Source: a virus
Lineage: Duplodnaviria; Caudoviricetes
IMG/VR virus record: IMGVR_UViG_3300037479_000242
Coordinates: 1-37,936 of that record
Reading direction: 5' to 3' (one strand)
DNA: 37,936 nt
Made by a program: the position numbers and the translations under genes. Shown one piece after another: positions 10,201 to 18,915 of this stretch. Under the pieces are notes generated by a model, which did not search any database, was not told where the DNA came from, and saw only the letters and a program-made list of their open reading frames with translations. The stretch's first letter is position 1. Every line of letters begins with the position of its first letter.

Positions 10201-10853
10201 GTGCGCCGAGCCTCTTCCATGAGTGTACGCAGTTCGTCGCTACCGTTAGCGATGAATGTCGCCATCTCGCGCGACGTACGACCAAGCAGGGTGAATCGTG
10301 CTGTGGTCTTTTCCGCACTATCAGGTAGTTGCTCCAATGCATCGATCGTATCGAAAAACACGTCTACGAGCGGCCGCATTGCACCAGTATTGGTATCGAT
10401 AACCTGAACCTTCAGTGCTTCAAAAATTGCTGCCTGTTTGGTTGTTTGATCTTGAGCTTCGGCCATCTGACGACCGAAAAACTCCAAGCCCTTGCCCACA
10501 GTTGCGATGCTCGTACCGGCTAACTGCGCTGCGGGCGCAAGGGCGCTCAGCGTTTCGACATTCACACCAACGGCGCGGGATAGTTTGATCAGATCATCAG
10601 CACGCCGGGCCGTATCTGCAAAAGCAAACTCGTAAGCGCGTCCAACACCACGCGCGATACGTTCGGCCAGATCGAGCGCCTGATTGAGCGCCACTACAGT
10701 GCCACGAAAACCCGTGAATGCGGAGGTGCTTCGAGTGGCCGCGCGCTCTGCCTGCGCACCCAGCTCGGCGAGTTTATTGCCAGCCATATCGACGACGCGG
10801 ACCGTGCCGGCGTCGTCGATTACAAAACGTATACGCACCTCTCGTTCAGCCAT
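7233..10853 (-). CDS. tail tape measure protein
   Basis: About 1206 aa, Ala/Leu/Glu-rich helical and coiled-coil sequence; TMP-type N-terminus (MAEREVRIRF...DDLIKLSRAVGVNVETLSAL); follows the tail chaperones. Confidence 0.92.
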   Translation of the reverse strand: MAEREVRIRFVIDDAGTVRVVDMAGNKLAELGAQAERAATRSTSAFTGFRGTVVALNQALDLAERIARGVGRAYEFAFADTARRADDLIKLSRAVGVNVETLSALAPAAQLAGTSIATVGKGLEFFGRQMAEAQDQTTKQAAIFEALKVQVIDTNTGAMRPLVDVFFDTIDALEQLPDSAEKTTARFTLLGRTSREMATFIANGSDELRTLMEEARRTGQVFSTDFAQRAEIVNDTLHRIQQRVQGTANLLAAELIDDVERVANRMLDWADANQQLIATELADWITRAATATTTFASALASIASHVKSIIDAWNSLPEALRTTLAGALVGGIVTRRPEGIALGAGVGALVGLEPELRLQQARARVLTPGAFARVQRGEGATFMPEAEIGVSMASEQQSLPAISVADEIARAARHRGADALATQRALAKALADTANADKEAKQAAERAARDAAGHAEAELIRRRAALEVAERQLAIAQNSNASQAEQLMMAQEIDALQVSLLQQEIARLEVEKQRKDITAGELAALTAQQDALRQQATLIQGSAGQAAALRREFEQAAIEARKAQQVTVDFGESFIEILRRARDFDSPGDLLKGVVQRGLDEFIGGLIRAEAKKNAFDLMITENFSVKLPGVFRGAASVLEEVWGGTLTRMEGDTSISTANIGNFFTTLFSRVSGQASGAANITTLLPPGFVGPPGPGQAFLPGEAGGVPVGATGAIAAGGPVGLAIAAGALALQSGLSIGARIGRDYALQQNVTAAVAATLLGGGGIGSLIVNELLGLEGTAARVSTGILTLGKSEIVRLISDLLGFEGVFGIGQIPTRGTRIKKGLSELLEEAGLPRQRFTEGGGRSGIRVPFFELPATPELAAFLGGFSNEPNLQLVGQRRPEFLPALEQIRPGIEELALGGGIFGLGAVLGAGREKDTRAIVSALTNNIIALGVSAEEARRQMLQLAESIGLDMIGGFQELNRLYLENEIEQEFLMAGVEGLVDLFRDDLPDAIDVAGFVLKNFTERGGIDIASLIRDLEVAIAALDAASSIEERIVDLRLRAMTPAQQGRELNRRLAEIDRELEDPNLDPRRRLELLQRRAELGFEIASFGSQFAPGSRAARSAMASGITIAEESAADIRELATVQNDNLDRNSTVTAENTAAVRDNTRALREAGGGNGGGEIRVIIDGGAATEREDIEAVVLTALRSPAGRAAVRDIVVTM

Positions 10854-11221
10854 CACTATTTACGTCAGCATCAATAGCGCGCCGATTTTTCTCGGCACGA
10901 ATCATGAGCATAGCCTCTTGCGCACGAAGCCTATCGTCGCTAGCGAAGGCGCCAGCCTCGATCGCGCTTCCGAAAGCCGACCAATCAACATCCCACACCT
11001 CCACCTCTTGCTTGTTCTCATCCAACGTCAGCTCGCCTCGGCAGCAGAGTGACCAGAGTCGCCACATGCGCCATTCCCATTCGCCGAAACGAAGAAGAAA
11101 ACATGTCGGACGACATTTCTCCTCTGGCTTCCAACCATAGATGCCCTGTGCGCATTCCTCACAAGTCTTCGGTGTGCAGGGGTCAGTTAGGTGTCGTACT
11201 AGCCGGCGCAGGTTTTTTTTT
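10846..11221 (-). CDS. tail assembly chaperone, -1 frameshift extension (lambda gpGT-like)
   Basis: The -1 frame is open without stops from the A9 run at 11213-11221 (KNLRRLVRHLTDPCTPKTCEEC...WEWRMWRLWSL) through the tracked ORF 10846..11067. Confidence 0.8.
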
Positions 11222-11702
11222 CTGCCTCTTCGCGCGCACGCTTGGCGTCCTTGAGACGCGCAGATATCTCATCGATGAGCCGCGAGAATTGCGCTGGATA
11301 CGCGCGCAACCACAGATACTCGGGTAGAGTATGGCGCTTTCCGGTTGTTGGGTCAGTCCATACCGCCTGATCATGGTCGCATCGTATCTCGCCACTACCG
11401 TTGACCAGAGGCTCAAGGTCGACCACTTCATCTGAACCAACAGGCAATGGTGCCAGCTCAGTAATGATATCTGCCGTAAGACCAGACCACGTTTCGATTT
11501 GGTGGCGGATGGTCAGAGCAAGAAGCCGATCACCATCGACCTTCGTTTCATACTCCCCCGTACGCGGATTCCAAAGCTTGCTGGAGGCTTGTTGCACGAG
11601 ACGTTGAAGCTCAGCACGCGATGATTCGCGCACGGTGACAACGAAGGTATCGCAAATGGGGACGGCTACTGTGTCAAACGTCTGACGGGGAACGAGCTTC
11701 AT
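11199..11702 (-). CDS. tail assembly chaperone (lambda gpG-like)
   Basis: ATG 11702 follows a GGAG RBS. It lies between the tube and TMP genes and ends GAA AAA AAA ACC (slippery run). Confidence 0.8.
   Translation of the reverse strand: MKLVPRQTFDTVAVPICDTFVVTVRESSRAELQRLVQQASSKLWNPRTGEYETKVDGDRLLALTIRHQIETWSGLTADIITELAPLPVGSDEVVDLEPLVNGSGEIRCDHDQAVWTDPTTGKRHTLPEYLWLRAYPAQFSRLIDEISARLKDAKRAREEAEKKTCAG
11212..11221 (-). other. programmed -1 ribosomal frameshift slippery site (A9 run, A-AAA-AAA)
   Basis: Minus strand reads GAA AAA AAA ACC; a -1 shift joins the chaperone to the downstream ORF, the classical arrangement before a TMP. Confidence 0.8.
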
Positions 11703-11794
11703 GGCGTAGTCTCCATGCGCTCGTTCGGCACAGGTTGCCTCGGGCTTGGCATCGTGTCGTCCTGGTGATGCGCGCCCGGAGGACACTCTGACTA

Positions 11795-12178
11795 CTACTG
11801 ATCGTCATTCGTTCTTTGCCGCTTCGTTGCGGCTGCTCGCTGCAGCTTATCTAGCTCATCAATTGAGACTACCAACAATGCATCTAAGACCTTGGGCTTG
11901 CTGCGTAGCTCATTATTGATGCCTTGACGGTCGCCATCAGACACATCAGACCTAGTGAGTTTGCGTATCAACTCAGCTCGCTCTTCTGCGAGCCTGCGAT
12001 TGTACTCCTGCACCTCTGGGGCTTCATTGTCCAGTTTCACGTAAGCCACCTTGCTTTCAGGACGCGCATTGAATGCAACAACGATACCCGGAAATACAAG
12101 TACGTCATCCGGTTGGGCAAGTCGCCATTGCTTTTCGCCAAGCCACGCAAGGCTTACTTTCCGTCCAAGCTCAACCAT
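11795..12178 (-). CDS. hypothetical protein (charged, partly coiled-coil)
   Basis: ORF within the tail operon. Start taken at MVELG (12178), overlapping the upstream stop; the ORF track starts at 12193. Confidence 0.65.
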   Translation of the reverse strand: MVELGRKVSLAWLGEKQWRLAQPDDVLVFPGIVVAFNARPESKVAYVKLDNEAPEVQEYNRRLAEERAELIRKLTRSDVSDGDRQGINNELRSKPKVLDALLVVSIDELDKLQRAAATKRQRTNDDQ

Positions 12179-12389
12179 GCTTGAGTCTCCCATGCCGATC
12201 CCGTTTTGTTTCGGATACGAAACATGCGCCGCATATGCGGCACTCGTAGGTTCGAGCGGTTACCATTGGGCGAAAGAGCCCCATCTTCCGATAGGGCGCG
12301 TCTCGCATCTCATCAAAATGCTCGATCACCTCACCCTCAGACAAATTGCGATCGAGATAGCCCACATCGATATGCGCTTCGTGCCGCAT
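12171..12389 (-). CDS. small protein with a classical C2H2 zinc finger
   Basis: The ATG overlaps the tube gene stop (TGATG). C-terminal YECRICGACFVSETKRDRHGRLKH fits C-x2-C-x12-H-x4-H. Confidence 0.7.
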   Translation of the reverse strand: MRHEAHIDVGYLDRNLSEGEVIEHFDEMRDAPYRKMGLFRPMVTARTYECRICGACFVSETKRDRHGRLKHG

Positions 12390-13405
12390 CACGCACCCAT
12401 CGTGATAGACCATTCGGATTCGGCTGTAACATTTTGGAGCTTATACTGAAGCATAAAGTCTCGAATGCCTCCATTGTCCCGAATGTTTGGTTGAATGAGC
12501 TGCGCCGTAGGATAACTGAAGGCAATCGCGTTCGTACCGCTACTGTGCGTCCAACTGATATTGTGCGTCGTCGGGCCGGAGGAGAGCCAGTCTGTGAACC
12601 ATTCATCGTAGGTGATTACAGTAGACGCATGATGATTGACAGCCAGCACGAGTTCCAGAGTAGGGTTGCGATCAATAACAATGGCCGCTTCAAAGCCGGT
12701 CGCATCGTTCGCATTTTCTATTCGGATGATCTGTACGCCGAAATCGTGCGTAAACGAACGGAATACAAAGGCAGTTAACGCACTACCATTGTTAATCGTT
12801 GGTAACGTTAGTCCTAGGAATGGCTGTGCGCGTTTGGTACCACCAGTCCAGCCATTGAACAGGGTTCCCACGGCAACCGGCGCGACGTAGAGACCTTGCA
12901 TGCGGAAATCGGCTTGAATACCTCCACGCGGATTGCCTGATAGAATACAGTTGCCAATGGCTCCGGGGACCTTGTGGACATGGGCGCTGTGATTCACATA
13001 AACCGTCGCTGATTCCAGAGCCGCAATGGTGGACGGTTTATATACAATCTGAGCCGGTGGTCCAACCAGAGTTGTGCTTGTGCAGGCACACGCTGACAGC
13101 AATGCATCAAGTGCTGCGAAGCCATTGACACCAATGCTGCCATTCACACCGCTCGTTTCTAACAATGTGCGGAAGGTCAGATCAACCCAACGCATGGCGA
13201 TGATGTCGCTTTGACGAGTGAAACTCGAGGAGTGCGGTCTGAATTCGAAACGCTCGGCATTCGGCTGCGCCACCACCGCAGAGTCATAAGTTTTGATATC
13301 ATCTGTCCCGCCCACTGGTAGGGAATCGGTACCATACGTAGTTTCGAGTTTCGCCATGACGGGAGCAATGCGACTTCGCGATACGGTAAAATTCGCGGTT
13401 GGCAT
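12389..13405 (-). CDS. major tail tube protein
   Basis: 338 aa with a strong AAGGAGGTG RBS, tube-type N-terminus (AKLETTYGTDSLP) and expected position. Confidence 0.85.
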   Translation of the reverse strand: MPTANFTVSRSRIAPVMAKLETTYGTDSLPVGGTDDIKTYDSAVVAQPNAERFEFRPHSSSFTRQSDIIAMRWVDLTFRTLLETSGVNGSIGVNGFAALDALLSACACTSTTLVGPPAQIVYKPSTIAALESATVYVNHSAHVHKVPGAIGNCILSGNPRGGIQADFRMQGLYVAPVAVGTLFNGWTGGTKRAQPFLGLTLPTINNGSALTAFVFRSFTHDFGVQIIRIENANDATGFEAAIVIDRNPTLELVLAVNHHASTVITYDEWFTDWLSSGPTTHNISWTHSSGTNAIAFSYPTAQLIQPNIRDNGGIRDFMLQYKLQNVTAESEWSITMGA

Positions 13406-13419
13406 TCGTCACACCTCCT

Positions 13420-13896
13420 TCAGCCAATTTGCTGCGTTGTTGGATCGAGCCAGTGCTCGATGTGCGTAAGCGCAAACTCAATCACTACGGCCCCAGTATT
13501 TCCTGCACGCTCAGCAAGCTCGACGATACGCTGACGCCGGGGAAGCCATTGAAAGCTGAGGCCAGTTTGTGCCGGGTCGCGCACATCCTGATCCTGCATG
13601 AAATAACGTCTAACATCAGCACCTAGCCTATGCCCCTGGCGTTCCAATGATGCGTCACCATGCGGTTCGTAGCGGTAGACAACCAAAACCAGGAGCTGCG
13701 TTTCCACCTCCGTCTCTGCCGTGCCGAGCATTGCGTAGTCCTCTGCGCGTAGTCGGACATACGCAAACGGCACATGCGGGTTGTCGTATTCGATCGGCCG
13801 GTCAAACTCAGCACCACGGAGCCAGGGAATTGTTTTGAGCACATCAAGTGCACGCTCGGCAATCTGCAAAATGATCGGATTCGGTAATTCGGCCAT
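13420..13896 (-). CDS. tail terminator/completion protein
   Basis: 158 aa directly upstream of the tube gene; PFAYV motif. Positional call. Confidence 0.7.
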   Translation of the reverse strand: MAELPNPIILQIAERALDVLKTIPWLRGAEFDRPIEYDNPHVPFAYVRLRAEDYAMLGTAETEVETQLLVLVVYRYEPHGDASLERQGHRLGADVRRYFMQDQDVRDPAQTGLSFQWLPRRQRIVELAERAGNTGAVVIEFALTHIEHWLDPTTQQIG

Positions 13897-13897
13897 T

Positions 13898-14500
13898 TCA
13901 TCTCAGAATCCGCTCGCTCGTTTCGGCGATACGCTCAATCAGCTCGGGCTCAAAGCGCTGCCGGGCCGGTTCAAGTGCCGGACGCGCCGGCACAGTTACA
14001 GATTTTACCAGCTTAAATAGTGCCACAACTTCATCTCCGCGACGTTGCATCAGATAAAGGTTGCCGTCGTCGGTTTCGTGAAAAAAGGTGTCCTCGAAGT
14101 CGCGCGCCGTGCCACGTGGCACGCCCGCCTCGGTAAGTGCATCAGGTAGCGGAATCGTGAGCCAGTCAGCCTCGCGTGGTTCGATCGTTGCACCAAACTC
14201 CTGGGTGAGCGCATATTCCAGTACCTTCTCTTCGGGACGAATGAGGCCAACATCGAGAATGACGTTATCGGCGCTGAGCGTGACCTCGTGTGTATAGCTT
14301 CGTGCCAGAGCACCTGTGCGACGCCGCGTTGCGGTGTCCGTCGTCTGAGAAGCACTGCGGTGTTCTCGCACAATGTACTCCACCGCCTCCGCGCCAAGCG
14401 CATCCGCAACCTGCGCCTGTGCATCACGTAAGCGTTGCCGTGCGCCACGCAGATCCGCAACTAGAAGCAGTAGCTCATCTGTATCGAATGACACTTTCAT
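13898..14500 (-). CDS. neck/tail completion protein (HK97 gp10 or virion morphogenesis-like)
   Basis: Motifs RRTGALARS, YALTQEFG, WLTIPL, SVTVPARPALEPA. Confidence 0.8.
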   Translation of the reverse strand: MKVSFDTDELLLLVADLRGARQRLRDAQAQVADALGAEAVEYIVREHRSASQTTDTATRRRTGALARSYTHEVTLSADNVILDVGLIRPEEKVLEYALTQEFGATIEPREADWLTIPLPDALTEAGVPRGTARDFEDTFFHETDDGNLYLMQRRGDEVVALFKLVKSVTVPARPALEPARQRFEPELIERIAETSERILR

Positions 14501-14928
14501 AGATAATCGAACATGGCCCGTTTGAAGTCCGTAGCTGCGCGGTCGGTGTCATCCTCTTCACTCTGTTTGTCGGAAAGCGAGATACCACCAGCGTAGACAC
14601 CCGCGCCCGTCTCCGTTGCTGCGTCCCGCATCAGATTGCGAGCAAGCGCCATGTAGTGCTCGAACAGATGCGATAGTGCTTTGGTGATGTTGCCGTCGGT
14701 TGATGTCGTCACGCGCCGAGCAAAGCGCGCGGCGATTGCAGCCGCCACCTTCGCAGCCGCAGACCGCACTGCCCCTTCGACCGCAACCGCCGCGTCAATG
14801 TCTTCGTCGGATACCAATCTGTCCGTAGAGTCTACGTCACCAACGAGAAAACGTACGTGATCCTTGTCACTTAATGCCGGATCGCCGCTGTACGTCCAAT
14901 GTCCGACGATCTCCCATTGCCCCTGCAT
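14497..14928 (-). CDS. head-tail adaptor/connector
   Basis: WTYSGDP...VRFLVGD...LVSDEDI helical adaptor-type motif; GAGG RBS. Confidence 0.75.
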   Translation of the reverse strand: MQGQWEIVGHWTYSGDPALSDKDHVRFLVGDVDSTDRLVSDEDIDAAVAVEGAVRSAAAKVAAAIAARFARRVTTSTDGNITKALSHLFEHYMALARNLMRDAATETGAGVYAGGISLSDKQSEEDDTDRAATDFKRAMFDYL

Positions 14929-14937
14929 GCGAACGCC

Positions 14938-16011
14938 TCAGTCTGCACAGAACGTTACGCACGTCACCTTCGTTGTGGCGTAGACGGTACACTCGATCAT
15001 GTCACCAGCATCCTCGCATGTGGTGCCCACGGCATTGATTGTTGTCACCGTCGTCACGCCGGCAGCCCCAGCCGTGACGGTGAGAGCCTGTGTTGTGTGT
15101 CCGGTGGTGACATGGAAGACCTTTTTGCTGCCAATGTCCTGGGCATCCAACGCCGCATCGTCGCCGAAATCGACGTCGACCGCATTCGCAGAGGTATCTA
15201 CACTCCACCAGCTCGCAGCCTGGATATTTGCCTTCGTCAAATTCACATCCGCTGCGGAGAGAGCAGCACCGTTTGTACGTCGCACATGCGGAAATGTAGC
15301 GATGCCCGCTGCGGTCACGGACCAGTTATCGTCGGTGATACTCACTGTTGTATCCGTTGCATCGCCGATGGTGATCGTGTCCGCATCGGCATTGCTACCA
15401 ATTGTCACGGTATCGCATGCTGCCGCGTTACAGATACTGACGCTTGTTGCATTTGTGTTTCCGATGTTCACGGCAGCTGCACCGCCAGCATCAAGACCAA
15501 GCGCTGCAGCACCTCCGCTCTGCACGGTCAATGCAGCCGTGGCATCGTTATCTGAAGCAGTAAGCGTAACAGTGCCTGCATCGTTACGTGTGAAATCAAA
15601 CGTCGCGTCGGTCCCCGCATTCAATGACTCGCTATTCTCCAGCGTTAAGCCAGACGTCGCGGCGATTGTAACGGTATCTGCTGCCGACCCTAGCGTCAGT
15701 GTTGCATTACCACCTGGATCAACAGTCATTGCCGCCGTGGCATCATTATCCGAACTTGTAAGCGTGACTGCTCCAGCATTATTGCGAGTGAAATCGAAGG
15801 TTGCATCCGTATCCGTATTCAACGATTCGCTATTGGCCAGCGTGATACCACCAGTGCCGCTCATCGTGACACCACCAGCAATACTGATTGTTGAACCAGA
15901 CGGTACGGTCAGCTTATCGGAAAATACATGCTCGCCACGGTGGCGTTGAAGAGCGTAAGCAGTTGCACCGAATGCGACGATTATTGCTACCAACACCAGG
16001 AATTTGCGCAT
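14938..16011 (-). CDS. head fibre/decoration-like beta-repeat protein with signal peptide
   Basis: GGGAG RBS; MRKFLVLVAIIVAFGATAYA/ signal peptide; Thr/Ala/Asp-rich; internal duplication; 6 Cys; located between the capsid and adaptor genes. Confidence 0.75.
   Translation of the reverse strand: MRKFLVLVAIIVAFGATAYALQRHRGEHVFSDKLTVPSGSTISIAGGVTMSGTGGITLANSESLNTDTDATFDFTRNNAGAVTLTSSDNDATAAMTVDPGGNATLTLGSAADTVTIAATSGLTLENSESLNAGTDATFDFTRNDAGTVTLTASDNDATAALTVQSGGAAALGLDAGGAAAVNIGNTNATSVSICNAAACDTVTIGSNADADTITIGDATDTTVSITDDNWSVTAAGIATFPHVRRTNGAALSAADVNLTKANIQAASWWSVDTSANAVDVDFGDDAALDAQDIGSKKVFHVTTGHTTQALTVTAGAAGVTTVTTINAVGTTCEDAGDMIECTVYATTKVTCVTFCAD
15495..15846 (-). repeat. intragenic tandem duplication, 198-bp (66-aa) period
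   Basis: TLANSESLNTDTDATFDFTRNNAGAVTLTSSDNDATAAMTV versus TLENSESLNAGTDATFDFTRNDAGTVTLTASDNDATAALTV. Confidence 0.85.
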
Positions 16012-16021
16012 CGCAATCTCC

Positions 16022-16240
16022 CTATTGGCTCAACTGTGTTGCCTCGACATAGTTGTGCCGCACGAATGCGTCGGGATACTGCACCTCGACACCGTAAACG
16101 AGTCGTTCGGTTGCGTTACCCTTTTCATCGCGAGTGATTACCGACGTAGCTTTCACAACAGTGCCAGGAACTTTCTCTCTGACTCGCTGGCCCTGAAACT
16201 GCACCAACGAACCGATCTTGAACTCAGGCTTGAGTGCCAT
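16022..16240 (-). CDS. hypothetical small beta-barrel-like protein
   Basis: ATG 16240 (MALKPEFKIGSLVQF) follows a GAGGA RBS; SH3/KOW-like pattern. Confidence 0.65.
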   Translation of the reverse strand: MALKPEFKIGSLVQFQGQRVREKVPGTVVKATSVITRDEKGNATERLVYGVEVQYPDAFVRHNYVEATQLSQ

Positions 16241-16412
16241 GCTGCTGTCCTCTTCGTCGCTTGTCGGTCTCTGGTATGTAGCGAATGTAGCGCTGATCAA
16301 TCAGCTTCTCGCGATTGCGCCACGTATTTGCACGATGCGTATCCACGACGTCACCCGGTTTCAACGACGGCTGTTTATCCGCTTCAAACGCTTTAAGAAC
16401 TACGTACGGCAT
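16224..16412 (-). CDS. small capsid-adjacent hypothetical protein
   Basis: TGATG overlap with the MCP stop. MPYVVLKAF...LKPGDVVD resembles small proteins commonly found after MCP genes. Confidence 0.65.
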   Translation of the reverse strand: MPYVVLKAFEADKQPSLKPGDVVDTHRANTWRNREKLIDQRYIRYIPETDKRRRGQQHGTQA

Positions 16413-17362
16413 CAGGTCGTAGCCTCATTGAAGAAATAGCCGAGGTCGGGCGCGACAATCTTGTTATCCAACGCAAGCTCGCCCTCGATACGGTCTGCCG
16501 CAAGGTTCTCCATGCGAAACCGTTTGATTCTCAGCCCGTCAGTAGAACCAAGCAGACCACGCCATACGAATGTGTAGCCAGCGCTTGGCGCCAAGAGACC
16601 CGGTGATGGCTGCACAAAGCAAAGCAACGCATCTTGCGAATCAATGCCGAATGACATCGCCGCCGTCTCGCCCTCCACATTGGTAGCCTTTACGGACATG
16701 GCGACTTTCAGCATATCAACGCCGAGCACGCGAGCGATCATATCCTCGCTGATAGACTCCGCGGTCGTGTGTTTGTAGCGATCAACGATGTCCGGATGAT
16801 GTTTGAGATAGCGAAACACATCATAGCCACATACCAGCATGTTCGGCAGGAAGCCCGTGTTCAACAGGATGGTGCGCTTGCCGGTTTCGATATCGGTGAT
16901 TGGATCACTAGTACCATAGGCGCTCCATAGGTTGGCAGGAGTCACATCAGTATCCCAGACGCCGGTAGCAAACGCATCAGACTGGAATTGCGCTTCACGA
17001 CGTACCAAAAGACGTTGCGTCACAAATTGCGTCGCATCGCGATCAGGATTCAGTGGCGAATCCGTGTTGGCGCGTGTCTGATCTCCGACGTCTTTGTGAA
17101 TCGCAAACACGTCACATGAGTATGTGGCAGTCGAAAGCCCGTAGCCTGAACCAACAGATTCTGTGCTATCGGCTCGCACCTTCGCTTCGTCACGGAACCA
17201 GTCGTTCTTGGTATACGTGAAGTATTTGTCCGTTTGCTTTTCAACCGCTACGATCGGGAATACCTGTGTCGCGATGAATTGCGACTGGGACTGCAAATAC
17301 GCAACGCTGATATTCGTCAATACCGCATCCACATGGACATCACTACTCGTTGGTTGAGGCAT
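16412..17362 (-). CDS. major capsid protein (major capsid E-like, HK97 fold)
   Basis: 316 aa with AAGGAGGAG RBS; VDAVLTNISVAY...FIATQVFP, SDPITDI, LKHHPDI and DLGYFF motifs. Confidence 0.92.
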   Translation of the reverse strand: MPQPTSSDVHVDAVLTNISVAYLQSQSQFIATQVFPIVAVEKQTDKYFTYTKNDWFRDEAKVRADSTESVGSGYGLSTATYSCDVFAIHKDVGDQTRANTDSPLNPDRDATQFVTQRLLVRREAQFQSDAFATGVWDTDVTPANLWSAYGTSDPITDIETGKRTILLNTGFLPNMLVCGYDVFRYLKHHPDIVDRYKHTTAESISEDMIARVLGVDMLKVAMSVKATNVEGETAAMSFGIDSQDALLCFVQPSPGLLAPSAGYTFVWRGLLGSTDGLRIKRFRMENLAADRIEGELALDNKIVAPDLGYFFNEATT

Positions 17363-17385
17363 GGTTGTCTCCTCCTTCTAGCCGA

Positions 17386-17778
17386 TTACCTTGCTCGATG
17401 CGGATTCGCGCAGTTTACCAGTGCCGTAGCAAGACCTGCCGCCGCAGTACTAGCGATCAGCACCTGACCAGTGACGTATTCGGTTGTATCGATACCCGGC
17501 GTTTTGGCGTCGGCTTGACCATCAGCGCTGGTGCCAATCAGATCGCCGATCGTGAGGGCAGCATCGGACGACACCTTGGTCATGCCGTAGACCAAGATTT
17601 CGGCCGCTTTGCCAAGAGCGTTCGGTTTGTTCTGGAGCACACCAACCGGCACATCTGTTGCTCCGGTGCACGTCGTCGCGCGACCGTTTGAGTCGAGTTT
17701 CATGAAATAGTACTGCTTGGCAGATAGATCTTCAGCAGCTTCCAAGGTGATACAGAAACTAGGTTGCTCAACAGCCAT
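17386..17778 (-). CDS. capsid cement/decoration protein (DUF2190-like)
   Basis: EAAEDL...VGVLQNKP...IGDLIGTSADGQA; strong RBS; directly upstream of the MCP gene. Confidence 0.8.
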   Translation of the reverse strand: MAVEQPSFCITLEAAEDLSAKQYYFMKLDSNGRATTCTGATDVPVGVLQNKPNALGKAAEILVYGMTKVSSDAALTIGDLIGTSADGQADAKTPGIDTTEYVTGQVLIASTAAAGLATALVNCANPHRAR

Positions 17779-17793
17779 TTCCTTTCTCCTCCC

Positions 17794-18915
17794 TCAGATG
17801 CGACGTCGCTGTTCCGACACATAGCGCTCATACAGCTCCGGGCGCTCGCTAGCGATTTTGGTAACCGCCTCGGCATGTGTCCTCGCGAGTTTTTTGCTGA
17901 CGTGCTCGGTGGCCAGCTTATTGATCTCATCGATGGCACTGGTAGCGGTTGCTTCACCCGGAACTCCGCGTTCCTTGAACAGATCAGACTGTTGCAACTG
18001 CGCTTCGGCTGCTTTCAGAACGCGCTCGATCTCCGCATAGTCGCTTTCGGATGGTGCACATTCGGCGAGCCGTTTTAGCACAAGACCGAACTCATCGGCC
18101 TTGACTGGAAGTGCCTTGAACGTCTGCGCTTTTGCGACATACTCAGCGGTGAGCCTCTTGTCGCGTTCGGCTTTCGCCGCCTCTTCAGCATCCCGCGCAC
18201 GCTTCTCGGTCTCCTCGATGCGCTTGCGCACCGGCTCCGGAAGCGCCTTCCACGCCTCTTCCTCCGGCGTATCCTTGCTCTTCGCGGATTCAAGTTCTTT
18301 CACCCGCTTGTCCAGAGCCGTGGCTTTTGTCTCAGCATCGCTGGCGCGCTTGTCAATAGTTTGCGCCCATCCCAAGATGGCCGTTTTCACTGCGTCGTCG
18401 AGCTTTGCTGCCTCTTCTGGCAAAGTCAGAGTCGGCTTGTTGTCGTCCTTCTTGCTCATTTGCTCCTCCTCTTCGTCGTCCACTTCTTCCATGAGATGAA
18501 CGAGCTTCGAGACTACTTCCTTGAGTGCACTCAGCCGCGAGCCGGCCATTTTCCGACCGATCTTTTCAGTGTTCGTGACGTCCTCATGATCTGCCAGCCA
18601 GCGGCGGGCTTCGGTTGCTGAGAATTTCTCCTTGTCGAAAATCAGCGCCTGTATTTTGAAACCGCCGCCCGTTTCAGTAGGCCCACCGGTCGCTTTGACA
18701 CCATCAGTCAACTCAATTGTACGAATACGCACAAAGTCTCCGGGATCACGTACTCGATAACGAAAGCTGTTCTCTGTCTCGTCCCAGCCACCCTTGGCAA
18801 CATCCTCACGCCGCTTTGCAATCAGAATATCCGCCGCTTCGTTAGCACCAGCATCCACCAGACCAAGCGATTTGATCGATTTAACCCATATGCGCGTAAG
18901 CGGTTTGGTACTCAT
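17794..18915 (-). CDS. capsid scaffolding protein
   Basis: TGATG coupling. N-terminal SLGLVDAGANEAADILIAKR, then a long charged coiled coil ending RPELYERY. Confidence 0.8.
   Translation of the reverse strand: MSTKPLTRIWVKSIKSLGLVDAGANEAADILIAKRREDVAKGGWDETENSFRYRVRDPGDFVRIRTIELTDGVKATGGPTETGGGFKIQALIFDKEKFSATEARRWLADHEDVTNTEKIGRKMAGSRLSALKEVVSKLVHLMEEVDDEEEEQMSKKDDNKPTLTLPEEAAKLDDAVKTAILGWAQTIDKRASDAETKATALDKRVKELESAKSKDTPEEEAWKALPEPVRKRIEETEKRARDAEEAAKAERDKRLTAEYVAKAQTFKALPVKADEFGLVLKRLAECAPSESDYAEIERVLKAAEAQLQQSDLFKERGVPGEATATSAIDEINKLATEHVSKKLARTHAEAVTKIASERPELYERYVSEQRRRI

Noticed and set aside
11703-11794. structured ncRNA in the intergenic gap
   Set aside because: Only short 4-5 bp stems and no recognisable family; it cannot be supported without covariation data.
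14999-15949. 316-aa plus-strand ORF (and similar ORFs such as 7738..8616 and 18966..19724)
   Set aside because: These are antisense shadows of well-supported minus-strand genes in GC-rich DNA.
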